NCBI GenBank assembly: GCA_937922235.1 | Contig: CAKZVC010000073.1 | Span: 6,355-70,354 of the forward strand | Source of the DNA: an uncultured Acidimicrobiales bacterium | GTDB lineage: Bacteria > Actinomycetota > Acidimicrobiia > Acidimicrobiales > SHLQ01 | Length of the DNA: 64,000 nucleotides | Direction of reading: 5' to 3' | Shown here: piece by piece, positions 39,548 through 49,579 of the stretch | Layout: the number at the start of each line of letters is the position of its first letter | Numbering within the stretch: the stretch's first letter is position 1 | Translations under genes and position numbers: made by a program | The notes under the pieces: generated by a model | What the model was told of the DNA's origin: nothing | What the model saw: only the letters and a program-made list of their open reading frames with translations | The model's database searches: none

Positions 39548-41808
39548 GCATACACCACATAGATCGTCGCAGCTGGGATTGCCTTTGCGATTACTTCCAT
39601 ACAACTTAGCCCTCTCGCATGCGAGAGTTCTTGGGTCACAAGACGCGGGCGGCCAGCTGCCCGCTTCTTCGTAAACGTCCACCCGGGGAAGAGCTCATGA
39701 AGCTCTGGAAGGAGTTCGTCACGCTTCCATCCCACATCAATCGAGAGACGAACCATGTCGAGCTTTTGACCGAACGTTGTGGGTTCGGTCGGCGCAAACT
39801 CGTAGACGCGCACGTCGGTTGGACGGTCTGGCGACATCTTCCATGTCCGGGACAGTCCCCGACGAGCAAGGGAGCGCTGCACAACGAGACGGTGGTTAGC
39901 TCGCTGCAAGCCGTGCCTCGCACGCGAGGTACTGGTGCTGTGCCGTCGATATTCGTATAGCTGCTCCGGGATGTGAACGATCTCGGTTACTTCCGACAAC
40001 TTGAGAAACATGTCGAAATCGACGGCGTTTGCGATGTCGGAAGCAAAGCCATCAGTTCGATACCAATCTCGGGCCCGGAACATCCGGAAGTGATGCACGA
40101 TCATTCCGTACATCAGGTGCTGTCGGCTGAAGTATGGAAACTCATACGAGTCGCCCAGCGAGTCGCCGTTCTCGTCGATGAGTTCACTCGAGCTGTACAC
40201 CACCCCAATCCGGGGGTCTGAACGTAGAACGCCAAGAAGCCGCTCGACAGCGTTTGCTTTTAGAAGATCGTCTGAATCGAGTTGGCCGATGAACGGGGCT
40301 CGACACATGCGAACCGCAGCCTCCGACGCTGGTCCGATGCCCTGATTCGTCTGAGAGACGAACCGAACCCGAGGTTCGTTCGCGAAGTGCTCCTCGAGTA
40401 CCGACGCGGTGTTATCGGTCGAACCGTCGTCAACAATGCACACTTCAAGGTCGGGGAAGGTTTGGTTCAGCGCACTGTTCACAGCGCTCACGATGGTCGA
40501 CTCGGCGTTGTATGCCGGAATGTAGATCGACACCATCGGCACGGCGTGCAGTTCGGTGCTTTTCGGTTTGCGATATCGCGCCGGAACCCGGTCGATGAGC
40601 AACGGATGCGTTTCCTTCTGTCCTGCCTCTCGGTCGGTTTCGTTGCGACCGCCGGGTGGTTCCTGGTGAAGTCCACACGCGTCAACGATCGGAACGATGT
40701 GAGCGCCGGTGTTCCAAGCCCGATATCCCCATTCGAGGTCCTCTCCGCCCCAAGCAAGAAACTCCTCGTCGAACCCACCCGCCTTTTCGAATGTCTTCTT
40801 CGTAAAGCCAAGGTTGCCGCCAGCAACGACCCGGAACGGGTGTCGGTCATGTCGGAGGCTTGCGGTCTCGTGATAGATGGCGAGGCGCCAGTCGACGCTT
40901 GGACCAACCTCACCCTCGATCGTCAGCAGGGAGTTGTCGGGCCGAATGTCATGCAGCCCAAGCATCGATTCAATACTCTCGAGAACGCTCTCGGGGTCGA
41001 CATCGTTGGCGTCGACATACCGGCGATTGCCGACGTACACGGCGTCAGCGTGTGCTGCGAGATGCCGGGCGTGCAGTTCGACCAGACGAGGAGTCGGAGC
41101 CATGTCGCAATCGAGCGTGATGACCCTGTCGTGGGTAGCGGCTGCGATGGCAAGATTGCGGATTCGCGCAACCCGAAATCCTTCGTCGGCCTGGCTCACA
41201 CACTGGACGTTGTCGAAGTACTGACGAAACTCTGAAACCAACGTTTCAGGCTCGTCATGGCTGCCATCATCGGCAATGACTACTTCAATGAGATCGGTCG
41301 GGTAGGTCTGATGCACGAGGCAAGCAAGCGTTCGACGCAGCATTGTCTTGCGGTTGTAGACCGGGATGACCACCGATATCGGGTCATTGGGCATCGGCGC
41401 ATCGCGTGCCTTGCGGATAAGACTTCGGTAGTCGTTGCCAAGGGACGCCGACCTCGCGATATCAAGATCTGGGTCCATGCGCTGAGGCCATGGAGGTTCT
41501 GAGAGCGCCTGTGGTTCATCTGGAAATACCGACGGGGCAAGCCGAGCCTCGGTGACTCCAAAACCGTCGTCCTGAAGCAGCACTGGTGTTGTGCACGCAG
41601 CGGAAAGTGCAAGCGCGATCGCATGGCCATTCTCGGTCTGCGGTTCGGTGATTATGACATCATCAAATCGAATGAGCTCAGTGCCATTTCGAAAGGCGGA
41701 GTCGGGAGTCAGTGAGAGGTCCGCTCCATCGATCGTGAAGACGCCAGCCTCTTCGACGCCATAGTTGCTCCAGCAGAAACCTCGGCTGCCAACGAAGGAG
41801 TCAGACAC
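39544..41808 (-). CDS. Dual-domain GT2 glycosyltransferase (two GT-A modules; polymerase-like)
   Basis: 754 aa. Module 1: ISVVIPVYNRKTMLRRTLACLVHQTYP..., VIADDGSHD, TLDCDM. Module 2: VSIYIPAYNAESTIVSAVNSALNQTFP..., CIVDDGSTDNT, QLDSDDLL. Confidence 0.8.
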   Translation of the reverse strand: MSDSFVGSRGFCWSNYGVEEAGVFTIDGADLSLTPDSAFRNGTELIRFDDVIITEPQTENGHAIALALSAACTTPVLLQDDGFGVTEARLAPSVFPDEPQALSEPPWPQRMDPDLDIARSASLGNDYRSLIRKARDAPMPNDPISVVIPVYNRKTMLRRTLACLVHQTYPTDLIEVVIADDGSHDEPETLVSEFRQYFDNVQCVSQADEGFRVARIRNLAIAAATHDRVITLDCDMAPTPRLVELHARHLAAHADAVYVGNRRYVDANDVDPESVLESIESMLGLHDIRPDNSLLTIEGEVGPSVDWRLAIYHETASLRHDRHPFRVVAGGNLGFTKKTFEKAGGFDEEFLAWGGEDLEWGYRAWNTGAHIVPIVDACGLHQEPPGGRNETDREAGQKETHPLLIDRVPARYRKPKSTELHAVPMVSIYIPAYNAESTIVSAVNSALNQTFPDLEVCIVDDGSTDNTASVLEEHFANEPRVRFVSQTNQGIGPASEAAVRMCRAPFIGQLDSDDLLKANAVERLLGVLRSDPRIGVVYSSSELIDENGDSLGDSYEFPYFSRQHLMYGMIVHHFRMFRARDWYRTDGFASDIANAVDFDMFLKLSEVTEIVHIPEQLYEYRRHSTSTSRARHGLQRANHRLVVQRSLARRGLSRTWKMSPDRPTDVRVYEFAPTEPTTFGQKLDMVRLSIDVGWKRDELLPELHELFPGWTFTKKRAAGRPRLVTQELSHARGLSCMEVIAKAIPAATIYVVYA

Positions 41809-41888
41809 GCCATAACCCTAGACGACCTCTTTCCGGTCGTTCGGCCATTCTGGGAGCAGCTTCTGCAATCATGATCAGGCTCGGAGAC

Positions 41889-43532
41889 TTATCCGCCAGC
41901 GGTGTCGCCGACGAGCTCGCTGTCGCTTGTTGACACCTCAAAAAGAGCGACTCTCCGGCCAGCAGGCGAGCTGAGGATGAGCGAATTGTCCGGCTCCGCA
42001 CTGCTCCAAACGTCGTCCATCCGGGCCTGGCCGCTTGCGCCTTCCAGTATCAGGAAGCCAAGCGTTGCTCCGTCCCCGACGCCTCCACGGTTGGCCTGGG
42101 TCGAAATGAACTCATCCCATGGCAAGCCGTCGCCGACCGTTTCACCATCCGGCCGAAACGACCCGGCAAATCCGTAGGTGACACAATCTGAGTACCACGA
42201 CACCTGGGGCACCCGTGCGGTATACAGCCGACAGTTCGAACCGAGCATGTCGTCGGCGGCCATCGATGCCAGCCGAACTTGCTCGAATCCTGTCAGCCGT
42301 TCATGCATAGCCTCGACCCCTTGGAAGCTTCGGGCAGTAACGTACGACAAGACCAGGACACCACACAGGACTCCGGCACGAAGTAGACCCGAAAGCTCGA
42401 CCGGGTCTGCTTCTAGAACACCAGCCGGGTCGGCTTCAGCCTCTGAGTTTCGCGCCGGTAGCCACAGTGCCCAACCAAGCACGGCCGAAGCAATTGCAAA
42501 CTGCGGCGAAAGATAGTTCGTGACGAACTGTCCAACCGAGATCCCATACAGAACAACGGGAGACAACGCGATGAATGTGAACACCGCGAGCCAAAGAAAC
42601 TGGCCCCTAACGAGCAGTTTCGTAACGACGGCAACGACGAGGAGCACGAAGATCGAAGCATAGGACCACCCCCAGAATGGCCCGTTGAAGCCATAGTCAA
42701 CTGGGCCCGGGGTAAGAATCGTCTGCAGGTCGGTTAGCCACTTCGTCGAGGAATGACCAAGAGACTCAACCTGTGCATCAGTAGCGTCTAGCGGAGAGTC
42801 TTGGACCGTGAGAAAGGTTGAGCCAAGTAGGAACAACCCAATAGCACCCGTCATGACACCAGAGCCGATGTAGGGGACGAGCGAGCGAGCGTCGCGCTCA
42901 CGAAGCGCCTGTGCAATGACCGCGATCGCAATCACAACGAAGGCAGCAGCAACAAACATGCCCGACCCGAACCGAACCGTGGTCGCCATACCTATAGAGA
43001 GAGGCACCATCACTAAGCGCAATCCTGGGCCATGGACATACGAATGCAACAGGAAATACACACCGGCCACGGCAAAGAAGGCCCCAGGGTGATCGGCAAA
43101 GGCCAGCGTCGATGTCGCCAACACCCCCGGGCAGGCACCGGCGATAAGCACCGCAGTAGTTCCCGCACGCGGAGCTGCGACTAGGTCGAGGGTCTTTGCG
43201 AGTAACCACAGCAGACCAACAGAGAAGGCAACGGCAACGAGACGGGCAATAAAGTCTGAGGCACCGAACACCTCGAAGGCTGTGGCGAGGAAGCCGGGAA
43301 GGCCAGGCGCGCGAAGATCACTCCAGTAGCTGCCGGTGACCACGCCAAAATCAAAATTCGTTTCGGCCAGATCTTTCCCCCGCGCCGCATAGACGGCCTC
43401 GTCCCAGCTCAGCGGACTTCGAACCCGAAGCGGAATGACTGCGAGCACACCGAACGTAGCGAGCAATACGCCTCGGGCGATGGGCCGGTCGAGGAAACGA
43501 CCAACTAACTCGGAGATTTGCACGCCGCCCAC
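41889..43532 (-). CDS. GT-C fold glycosyltransferase (family 39/83, ArnT/PMT-like)
   Basis: 547 aa with more than 10 hydrophobic helices. First-loop motif SWDEAVYA (the DE motif of ArnT/PMT-type enzymes). C-terminal soluble domain. Confidence 0.7.
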   Translation of the reverse strand: MGGVQISELVGRFLDRPIARGVLLATFGVLAVIPLRVRSPLSWDEAVYAARGKDLAETNFDFGVVTGSYWSDLRAPGLPGFLATAFEVFGASDFIARLVAVAFSVGLLWLLAKTLDLVAAPRAGTTAVLIAGACPGVLATSTLAFADHPGAFFAVAGVYFLLHSYVHGPGLRLVMVPLSIGMATTVRFGSGMFVAAAFVVIAIAVIAQALRERDARSLVPYIGSGVMTGAIGLFLLGSTFLTVQDSPLDATDAQVESLGHSSTKWLTDLQTILTPGPVDYGFNGPFWGWSYASIFVLLVVAVVTKLLVRGQFLWLAVFTFIALSPVVLYGISVGQFVTNYLSPQFAIASAVLGWALWLPARNSEAEADPAGVLEADPVELSGLLRAGVLCGVLVLSYVTARSFQGVEAMHERLTGFEQVRLASMAADDMLGSNCRLYTARVPQVSWYSDCVTYGFAGSFRPDGETVGDGLPWDEFISTQANRGGVGDGATLGFLILEGASGQARMDDVWSSAEPDNSLILSSPAGRRVALFEVSTSDSELVGDTAGG

Positions 43533-43628
43533 CCTACTTCCGATCTTTGTGGCGCCTCAATCGACGTGGCTCGCAAAATGCCCCGACCCCCACACGTACA
43601 ACCAAGGCCGCGCAAGTTGAGCAGAGAT

Positions 43629-44786
43629 TCACACGGCAGTGACCGAATTGGCCTCCACAGCCTCGACAAGTGCGCTGACAACACGCTCCTGATCAGCAGC
43701 TTGCAGATCGTTGGACATCGGGAGGCGAAGTAGCCGGCTGCTCACATCATCGGTGACTGGGCACGGCTGAAGTCGATCAGACAACTCGATCGCCCCAGGA
43801 GCGGAATGTAGAGGTACGTAGTGAAAGGTGGGGTTGACGTCGTGGTGTCGCATCTCCGTGATGACATTGGCACGAATACCAGCGGACGGAAGAAGCACGT
43901 AGAACATGTGATCAGCTGGTGTGTCGCCTGGATGCTGATATGGAAGCCCCAGGTTGAGGTGCGAGGCGTGCGGTTCGAGAAGTTGCATGTATGTCTGATG
44001 TACGTTTCGACGCTTCGCCATAATCTCGGGAGCACTCTCCAACTGCGCGAGCAGAAACGCTGCCAGCAGGTCCGACAGGCCGAATGACGAACCGTGACCT
44101 TGCCACGTGTACTTGTCTGTCTGCCCCTCGAGGAACTGACGACGGTTCGTTCCCTTATCCAGCAAAATGTGGGCGCGACCACGATCACCCTCGTCGTTCA
44201 ACACGAGCGCACCACCCTCACCACAAATGAAGTTCTTCGTCTCGTGAAAACTGAGCGTTGACATCCGGCCAAAGCTGCCGAGCTGTTGCCCACCATGGTC
44301 TGCGAAGAGGCCATGGGCGTTGTCTTCGATGAGCGGCACCCCGTACCTATCCGCAATGGAACGCAACCGGCGAACGTCACTCGCTACACCCGCATAGTGG
44401 ACCGTGACGATGGCCTTGACCTTGTCGTCCATCGACGACTCGACGTGCTCTGGATCAAGGCCGAGGTCGGGCATACGAATGTCGCAGAAGCGGACCTTCG
44501 CCCCTTGTCGGGCGAACGCCGTCGCCGTCGAAGAAAAGGTGAACGATGGAACGATCACGACGTCGCCAGGCTCAAGGTCGATGAGCATGGCCGCCATCTC
44601 CAGCGCATCGGTGCACGAGGTCGTCAACAGCACGTCTTTTGCATTCAACTTCGAGCGAAGGAGGTCTTGCACCTGGGTTGTATACGGACCTTTTGCCGAG
44701 CTGTGACCATTTTCGACAGCCGCCCTCATGTACTCCATCTCACGACCGCTTAGACACGGACGGTTGAACGGAATCATCGCAGGCAT
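43629..44786 (-). CDS. DegT/DnrJ/EryC1/StrS aminotransferase (WecE-like sugar 4-aminotransferase), copy 1
   Basis: 385 aa. IPFNRPCLSGREMEYM, TSCTDALE, and SFHETKNFICGEGG (PLP Lys). Confidence 0.9.
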   Translation of the reverse strand: MPAMIPFNRPCLSGREMEYMRAAVENGHSSAKGPYTTQVQDLLRSKLNAKDVLLTTSCTDALEMAAMLIDLEPGDVVIVPSFTFSSTATAFARQGAKVRFCDIRMPDLGLDPEHVESSMDDKVKAIVTVHYAGVASDVRRLRSIADRYGVPLIEDNAHGLFADHGGQQLGSFGRMSTLSFHETKNFICGEGGALVLNDEGDRGRAHILLDKGTNRRQFLEGQTDKYTWQGHGSSFGLSDLLAAFLLAQLESAPEIMAKRRNVHQTYMQLLEPHASHLNLGLPYQHPGDTPADHMFYVLLPSAGIRANVITEMRHHDVNPTFHYVPLHSAPGAIELSDRLQPCPVTDDVSSRLLRLPMSNDLQAADQERVVSALVEAVEANSVTAV

Positions 44787-44914
44787 AGGTCACATCGTAG
44801 CGAACCTGCTGCAGCGACTTCAGCCATCGACCCGCTGGCCTGGTGTCTCCCTAGCCATCTCTACGACCCGCAACCCGGAGATTCTCAATTGAGGTGTGAG
44901 TCCTCGCCGATGGA

Positions 44915-45964
44915 TTAATCAAGCAACTGGTGAAGCTCGGGGTCGGTGCACCCTTCGAGCCCGCCTCCACCGCCCGATGACCGCAGACCAAAGCTGGGTT
45001 CGACAAATCCGACGCCCGGATCGTCGGTGGTAAACCACCGGACGATCGAGCGGGTGATGGCCTGTGCCGACGCCTCTTGAAGCTCGCCGCTTTCAAGGAG
45101 CGCAACCTCAGCGGGGTTGCCCATGAACGCCATCTCGGCAAGCACGGCGGGGGTCTCGGGGATGCGTACCATCCCGAAGAAGTCTTCCCCGGTGACAGCG
45201 TTGGGACGATAGGTCGCACCTGCGTCTACACCGGCGAACCATTCGATCGGGAACTGAGCGAACTCGGCTCGTGCCTCCTCGATGAGTAGTCCAGCGAAGC
45301 GCTTCGACTCAACGTTTGTCTGCTGGTAGTAGACCTCGGTTCCCGGGATCTCGGATCGCGGGATATTAGTTTCGGTCCCCTGGTGGTGGATCGAGACCAG
45401 GAGCGATGCTTCAAGGGAGTCCGCGATCTGCGCTCGGGTGCGGAGCGGGAGTCGAATGTCGGTGTAGCGCGTCAGGAGAACCTCGAAACCCAACTCGCTC
45501 AAGTACTTCTCGACGAGCACAGCCGTCTCAAGATTGACGTCCTTCTCTGCGAGACCGTCGTTGGTCACTGCCCCAGGCTCGAGTCCACCGTGCCCGGGGT
45601 CGAGCACGACATGCACACGATCGATCGTCTCACCATCGGCGATCACCACAGCGTTCTGGCACGGGGTCTGGACAATCAGCCCTGGAGGGATCTGATTCAC
45701 GACAGGCATGATCACGTTGGTGGTCGACCGAAGTACCCGGGGCACGCCGTCCAAGTCGAGGGGTGGAGCGAGCGTTGTCGTGGTCGTCGTAGTGGTTGAC
45801 GTGGTCGTCGTTGTTGTCGTGGTCGTGGTTGGCGCCGTCGTCGACGACGATGCTTCCGAAGCCAGAACGGGTGGCGCCGAGGAGGACGAGTCGCTGCTGC
45901 ACCCATTGAGGGCTACAACAGTCAACGCCGCCATGACGAACCATTTTCGTGCCCTCACGTCCAT
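44915..45964 (-). CDS. N-acetylmuramoyl-L-alanine amidase lipoprotein (Amidase_3)
   Basis: Lipobox VVALNGC, poly-Thr linker, VVLDPGHGGLEPGAV and LLVSIHHQG motifs. Confidence 0.85.
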   Translation of the reverse strand: MDVRARKWFVMAALTVVALNGCSSDSSSSAPPVLASEASSSTTAPTTTTTTTTTTSTTTTTTTTLAPPLDLDGVPRVLRSTTNVIMPVVNQIPPGLIVQTPCQNAVVIADGETIDRVHVVLDPGHGGLEPGAVTNDGLAEKDVNLETAVLVEKYLSELGFEVLLTRYTDIRLPLRTRAQIADSLEASLLVSIHHQGTETNIPRSEIPGTEVYYQQTNVESKRFAGLLIEEARAEFAQFPIEWFAGVDAGATYRPNAVTGEDFFGMVRIPETPAVLAEMAFMGNPAEVALLESGELQEASAQAITRSIVRWFTTDDPGVGFVEPSFGLRSSGGGGGLEGCTDPELHQLLD

Positions 45965-46012
45965 GAGTCTTACGGACCTATCGCCAAAGCGGTGGGATCT
46001 GTACAGTTAGGT

Positions 46013-46207
46013 ATGAACCTTTTGAAGAAACCGGGCGCTTCGCTGCTCGTTGTCGGCGCACTTCTGTTCTTTCTCGTACAACCGTTGGCGGGCAAAATCT
46101 GGGTCGTTGGCTCAGTACTCTCGCCAATGGCGTTCGTCGTTGGCCTACTTGGCATGATCGGCGGCGGCTACCTCTTGGCTCGCTCGACGCTCGGGCCAGG
46201 TAGCTGA
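46013..46207 (+). CDS. Small hypothetical membrane protein
   Basis: 64 aa from ATG 46013 with two hydrophobic helices. No homology recognised, so it may not be a real gene. Confidence 0.35.
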   Translation: MNLLKKPGASLLVVGALLFFLVQPLAGKIWVVGSVLSPMAFVVGLLGMIGGGYLLARSTLGPGS

Positions 46208-46209
46208 AC

Positions 46210-47214
46210 GTGGCCAAAAAGAAGAAGAGCGAACTCGAACTTCACCAATCAGGCCGAGTGATCTTTCCCGAGATCAGCCCACACGCCTGGGAACATCCAA
46301 CCGATCGAGCGGCGCTCACCTCGCTGCAGCAGATTCCCGGATTCGACGGGCTACTGCGAAAGTTCGTCGGTACGTTCGGCGAGAAGAACGTCAAGACGCT
46401 CTTCACAGCTGCTGCCGTCCGGGTTGGCCCGAAGCAGTACGCCTCGATTCACGACTCGCTCGTTCGTGTCTGCGAAGTTCTCGACACCGAGGTACCCCCG
46501 CTGTACATCTCGCAAACGCCGATCGTGAACGCTGGCGCCTACGGCATGGACCGACCGTTCATCGTCTTGAACTCGAGCCTTGTTGAGCTAGCAACGCCCG
46601 AGGAGCTCGAAGTCGTTCTCGGGCACGAGGTAGCCCACATCATGAGCGAGCACGCTCTCTATCGCACACTGCTGCACATGCTCCTCAACTACTCGCGCCT
46701 CGTGAACCCGATCACGATCATGCCGATCGTTTTGGCGCTGCTCGAATGGAGCCGTAAGGCCGAGATCAGCTGCGACCGCGCTGGCCTGCTCGCTACGCAG
46801 AATCTGCAGCATGCGCAAGGCATGCACTGTGTGCTCGCCGGTGGCGTCCGCGGACGTCGCGACGAACTCAGCGTTGAAGCGTTTGTCGAACAAGCTGAGG
46901 AATATCGTGGTGAGGGCGGCTTAGCGGCCTACTACCGATTCATGAACACGCTCGGCCGTTCGCACGACTTCCCGGTCATCCGCGTCGCCGAGCTCCAGAA
47001 CTGGGTCGACGGTGGAGAGTACGCGACGATCCTCGGCGGTGACTATCACAAGATCGGCGACCCACACTCGCCTTCGGACGATTGGAAGACCGCTGGCCGA
47101 AACTTCCAGGCCACAGCCGGCCAGGTGTTCGAAGACACAGACAAGTACGTGAACGAGGCACTGACCAACTTCATGTCAGCAGCGCGGAAGATCTTCGACG
47201 AGACGGGCGAATAG
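46210..47214 (+). CDS. M48-family zinc metallopeptidase
   Basis: 334 aa. HEXXH as VLGHEVAHIMSEH, plus a downstream SCDRAG (E/D ligand region). Confidence 0.8.
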   Translation: MAKKKKSELELHQSGRVIFPEISPHAWEHPTDRAALTSLQQIPGFDGLLRKFVGTFGEKNVKTLFTAAAVRVGPKQYASIHDSLVRVCEVLDTEVPPLYISQTPIVNAGAYGMDRPFIVLNSSLVELATPEELEVVLGHEVAHIMSEHALYRTLLHMLLNYSRLVNPITIMPIVLALLEWSRKAEISCDRAGLLATQNLQHAQGMHCVLAGGVRGRRDELSVEAFVEQAEEYRGEGGLAAYYRFMNTLGRSHDFPVIRVAELQNWVDGGEYATILGGDYHKIGDPHSPSDDWKTAGRNFQATAGQVFEDTDKYVNEALTNFMSAARKIFDETGE

Positions 47215-47242
47215 TTCGTCCTAATCGGCCGAGGAGAAGTAA

Positions 47243-47980
47243 CTACTTCGGCTCCCGGTCGTACCACTTGTGAAGGGTGTAGACGCTTCGCGTGTGAACG
47301 AAACCCAGACGCGACCACACGCGCTGGACGGCGTAGTTTTGAATCTGCGTCGAGACAACAATCCGCGTAGATCCACCATCTGAGGCGACTGCCAACGAGT
47401 GCTCGACGAGCAATGTGTAAATGCCGCGTCCTTGTTCATCCGGGTGCACGGCATTGAGCACGATCTCTGCCTGCGCATCGCCGACGTCCCGAAGTGAGAG
47501 AAACCCGATCACTTGGCCGCTGTCTGAACGGGCAACAACGACTGGTCGGGCTCTATCGGCTGTCTGCGCGCTGACCTCGGCCCATTGAACATAGGCGGCA
47601 TCGGCGTCGGCGTTGTCCAGTCGAGGGTCAGCGTGGAAGTGCCCCATGTAGTCGCGAAATGCCGATTCGGCGACAGCATGGACGCCAGCCACGTCCTCCG
47701 AGCCTGCGGCGCTCAACGTAATACCCGGTGCGACCTTCGGTGCCTGGACGTTCTTGAGTGAACGTCCGTAGTAGACGAGTGTGTCCATCAGTTGGAAGCC
47801 AGCGCGCTCGAATCGGTGTACGGCTGAAAGGTCGTGAGCATCTATCCGAACCGTCAACATGTCGATGCCAAGCTCATCAGCTTCCGCATCGATCGCATCG
47901 GTTGCAGATGCGTGACTCACAACGTGAGCAGCAACGATGCCGAACCTCTTGGACTCAAGCTCGTTTGGTTCAAGAAGCAC
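47243..47980 (-). CDS. GNAT-family N-acetyltransferase (WecD-like)
   Basis: GTG at 47980 is preceded by GGAAAGGAG. Acetyl-CoA motif VHPDEQGRGIYTLLVEHSL and C-terminal RLGFVHTRSVYTLHKW. The track ORF starts at TTG 48007. Confidence 0.7.
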   Translation of the reverse strand: MLLEPNELESKRFGIVAAHVVSHASATDAIDAEADELGIDMLTVRIDAHDLSAVHRFERAGFQLMDTLVYYGRSLKNVQAPKVAPGITLSAAGSEDVAGVHAVAESAFRDYMGHFHADPRLDNADADAAYVQWAEVSAQTADRARPVVVARSDSGQVIGFLSLRDVGDAQAEIVLNAVHPDEQGRGIYTLLVEHSLAVASDGGSTRIVVSTQIQNYAVQRVWSRLGFVHTRSVYTLHKWYDREPK

Positions 47981-48374
47981 CGATTTGCTCCTTTCCGCCG
48001 AAGCCAACGAGCCGCAGACTGATGTAGATCACGATTGGCGTCACTCCGAAGTTCGCCACCTGCGCGAGCGCCGGCGGTAGCCAACGCAACATAATCGACA
48101 CCGTCGCAAGCGTGCTCACAAACCCTGCAGCATAGGCAAATGCGAACTTTGGCAGGTCGCTCCGATGGCTCTCATTGCTTTCAAAGGTCCAGCGCCGATT
48201 GCCGAAGTAGCTGACAGCAATCCCGGGCACATAGCAAATGCCTGCTGCGCTAACTGGCGACACTCCTCCCCAGAGCAGCCCGAGGTAAGCGACATACAAC
48301 ACGACCGTTGTGATTGCTCCGAGCGCACCGTAGCGGGAGAATCGAAGAGCCTCCTGTCGAAGTCGTTCGATCAT
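47970..48374 (-). CDS. GtrA-family membrane protein
   Basis: ATG at 48374 gives MIERLRQEALRFSRYGALGAITTVV... . Four helices and a FGNRRWTF motif typical of GtrA. Confidence 0.75.
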   Translation of the reverse strand: MIERLRQEALRFSRYGALGAITTVVLYVAYLGLLWGGVSPVSAAGICYVPGIAVSYFGNRRWTFESNESHRSDLPKFAFAYAAGFVSTLATVSIMLRWLPPALAQVANFGVTPIVIYISLRLVGFGGKEQIGAS

Positions 48375-48399
48375 CCCGGGCCCGCTATGTGCCGAGATG

Positions 48400-49557
48400 T
48401 CACCCGGCGACGGCCGAATGTGCCTTGACCGAAGCGCAAAGAGATTCAACGACCTGTTCTTGTTCATCGAGCTTGATGTCGTTGAACATCGGCAGACGGA
48501 GAAGTCGGGCACTGATGTCGTCAGTGACCGGACAGTCTTGATATCGGTCAGCGAGGACAGAAGCGCCTGGTGCCGAATGCAACGGCACGTAATGGAACGT
48601 CGGGTTCACACCTTGCTTTCGCATCGACGAAATAACTTCGGATCGCATTCCCGCTGTCGGGAGGAGCACATAGAACATGTGGTCGGCGTGTGTATCTCCG
48701 GGGTGGTGAAACGGAAGGGTCAAGCCGAGTCGTTGGGCATGAGGCACGAGCATTGCTTGGTAGTTGGCATGAACCCTGCGGCGCTTTTTCATAATTTGCG
48801 GCGCCCGCTCAAGTTGAGCGAGAAGAAAGGCAGCGAGTAGGTCGGAGATCCCGAACGAGGAACCGTGTCCCTGCCACGTGTACTTGTCGATTTGGCCTTC
48901 GAGAAACTGCTTTCGATTCGTGCCCTTGTCCAGCAAAATGTGTGCCTGATCGATGTCTCGCTCTTCGTTCAGAACCAGAGCGCCACCCTCTCCGCAGATG
49001 AAATTCTTTGTCTCGTGGAAGCTCAGCGTGGACATGCGCCCAAACGTTCCGAGTTGCTCTCCATTGTGTTTAGCGAACAGTCCATGCGCATTGTCTTCGA
49101 TCAACGGAACGCCGTATCGGTCGGCAATCGAACGAAGTCGTTTCACGTCACTCGCGACTCCGGCATAGTGCACGGTGACGATCGCCTTCACGCGGTCGTC
49201 CATCGATGCTTCGACATGATCGGGGTCAAGCCCCAGGTCGGGAACACGAATGTCGCAGAAGCGCAGCTTTGCTCCTTGGCGAGCGAAGGCGGTTGCAGTC
49301 GAGGAGAAGGTGAACGATGGAACGATCACCACATCGCCGGGCTCGAGGTCGATGAGCATCGCCGACATCTCAAGAGCATCGGTGCACGACGTCGTCAACA
49401 GAACGTCTTTGGCGCCGAGTCGGTCCCGCAACAATTCTTGGGCGTCGGCCGTGAATGGACCCTTGGCCGAGCTGTGCCCGTTCATCACGGCAGCGCCCAT
49501 GTACTCGAGCTCGCGACCGCTTAGGCATGGGCGATTAAACGGGATCTGCACAACCAT
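48400..49557 (-). CDS. DegT/DnrJ/EryC1/StrS aminotransferase (WecE-like), copy 2
   Basis: 385 aa, gap-free colinear paralog of 43629..44786 with the same SFHETKNFICGEGG PLP-Lys motif. Confidence 0.9.
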   Translation of the reverse strand: MVVQIPFNRPCLSGRELEYMGAAVMNGHSSAKGPFTADAQELLRDRLGAKDVLLTTSCTDALEMSAMLIDLEPGDVVIVPSFTFSSTATAFARQGAKLRFCDIRVPDLGLDPDHVEASMDDRVKAIVTVHYAGVASDVKRLRSIADRYGVPLIEDNAHGLFAKHNGEQLGTFGRMSTLSFHETKNFICGEGGALVLNEERDIDQAHILLDKGTNRKQFLEGQIDKYTWQGHGSSFGISDLLAAFLLAQLERAPQIMKKRRRVHANYQAMLVPHAQRLGLTLPFHHPGDTHADHMFYVLLPTAGMRSEVISSMRKQGVNPTFHYVPLHSAPGASVLADRYQDCPVTDDISARLLRLPMFNDIKLDEQEQVVESLCASVKAHSAVAG

Positions 49558-49579
49558 GGGCTGTATAGTACCGATCCTG

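Noticed and set aside
45760-45840. Nucleotide-level repeat encoding the poly-Thr stretch (TTTTTTTTTSTTTTTTTT) of the amidase lipoprotein.
   Set aside because: This is a low-complexity linker using mixed ACC/ACG/ACA codons rather than a clean tandem DNA repeat. Such linkers are ordinary after a lipobox.
49250-49579. 5' part of the 441-aa plus-strand ORF 49250..50575.
   Set aside because: It is antisense to the N-terminal third of the aminotransferase gene. The GT2 homology (ISVVIPCY...) begins just after 49580.
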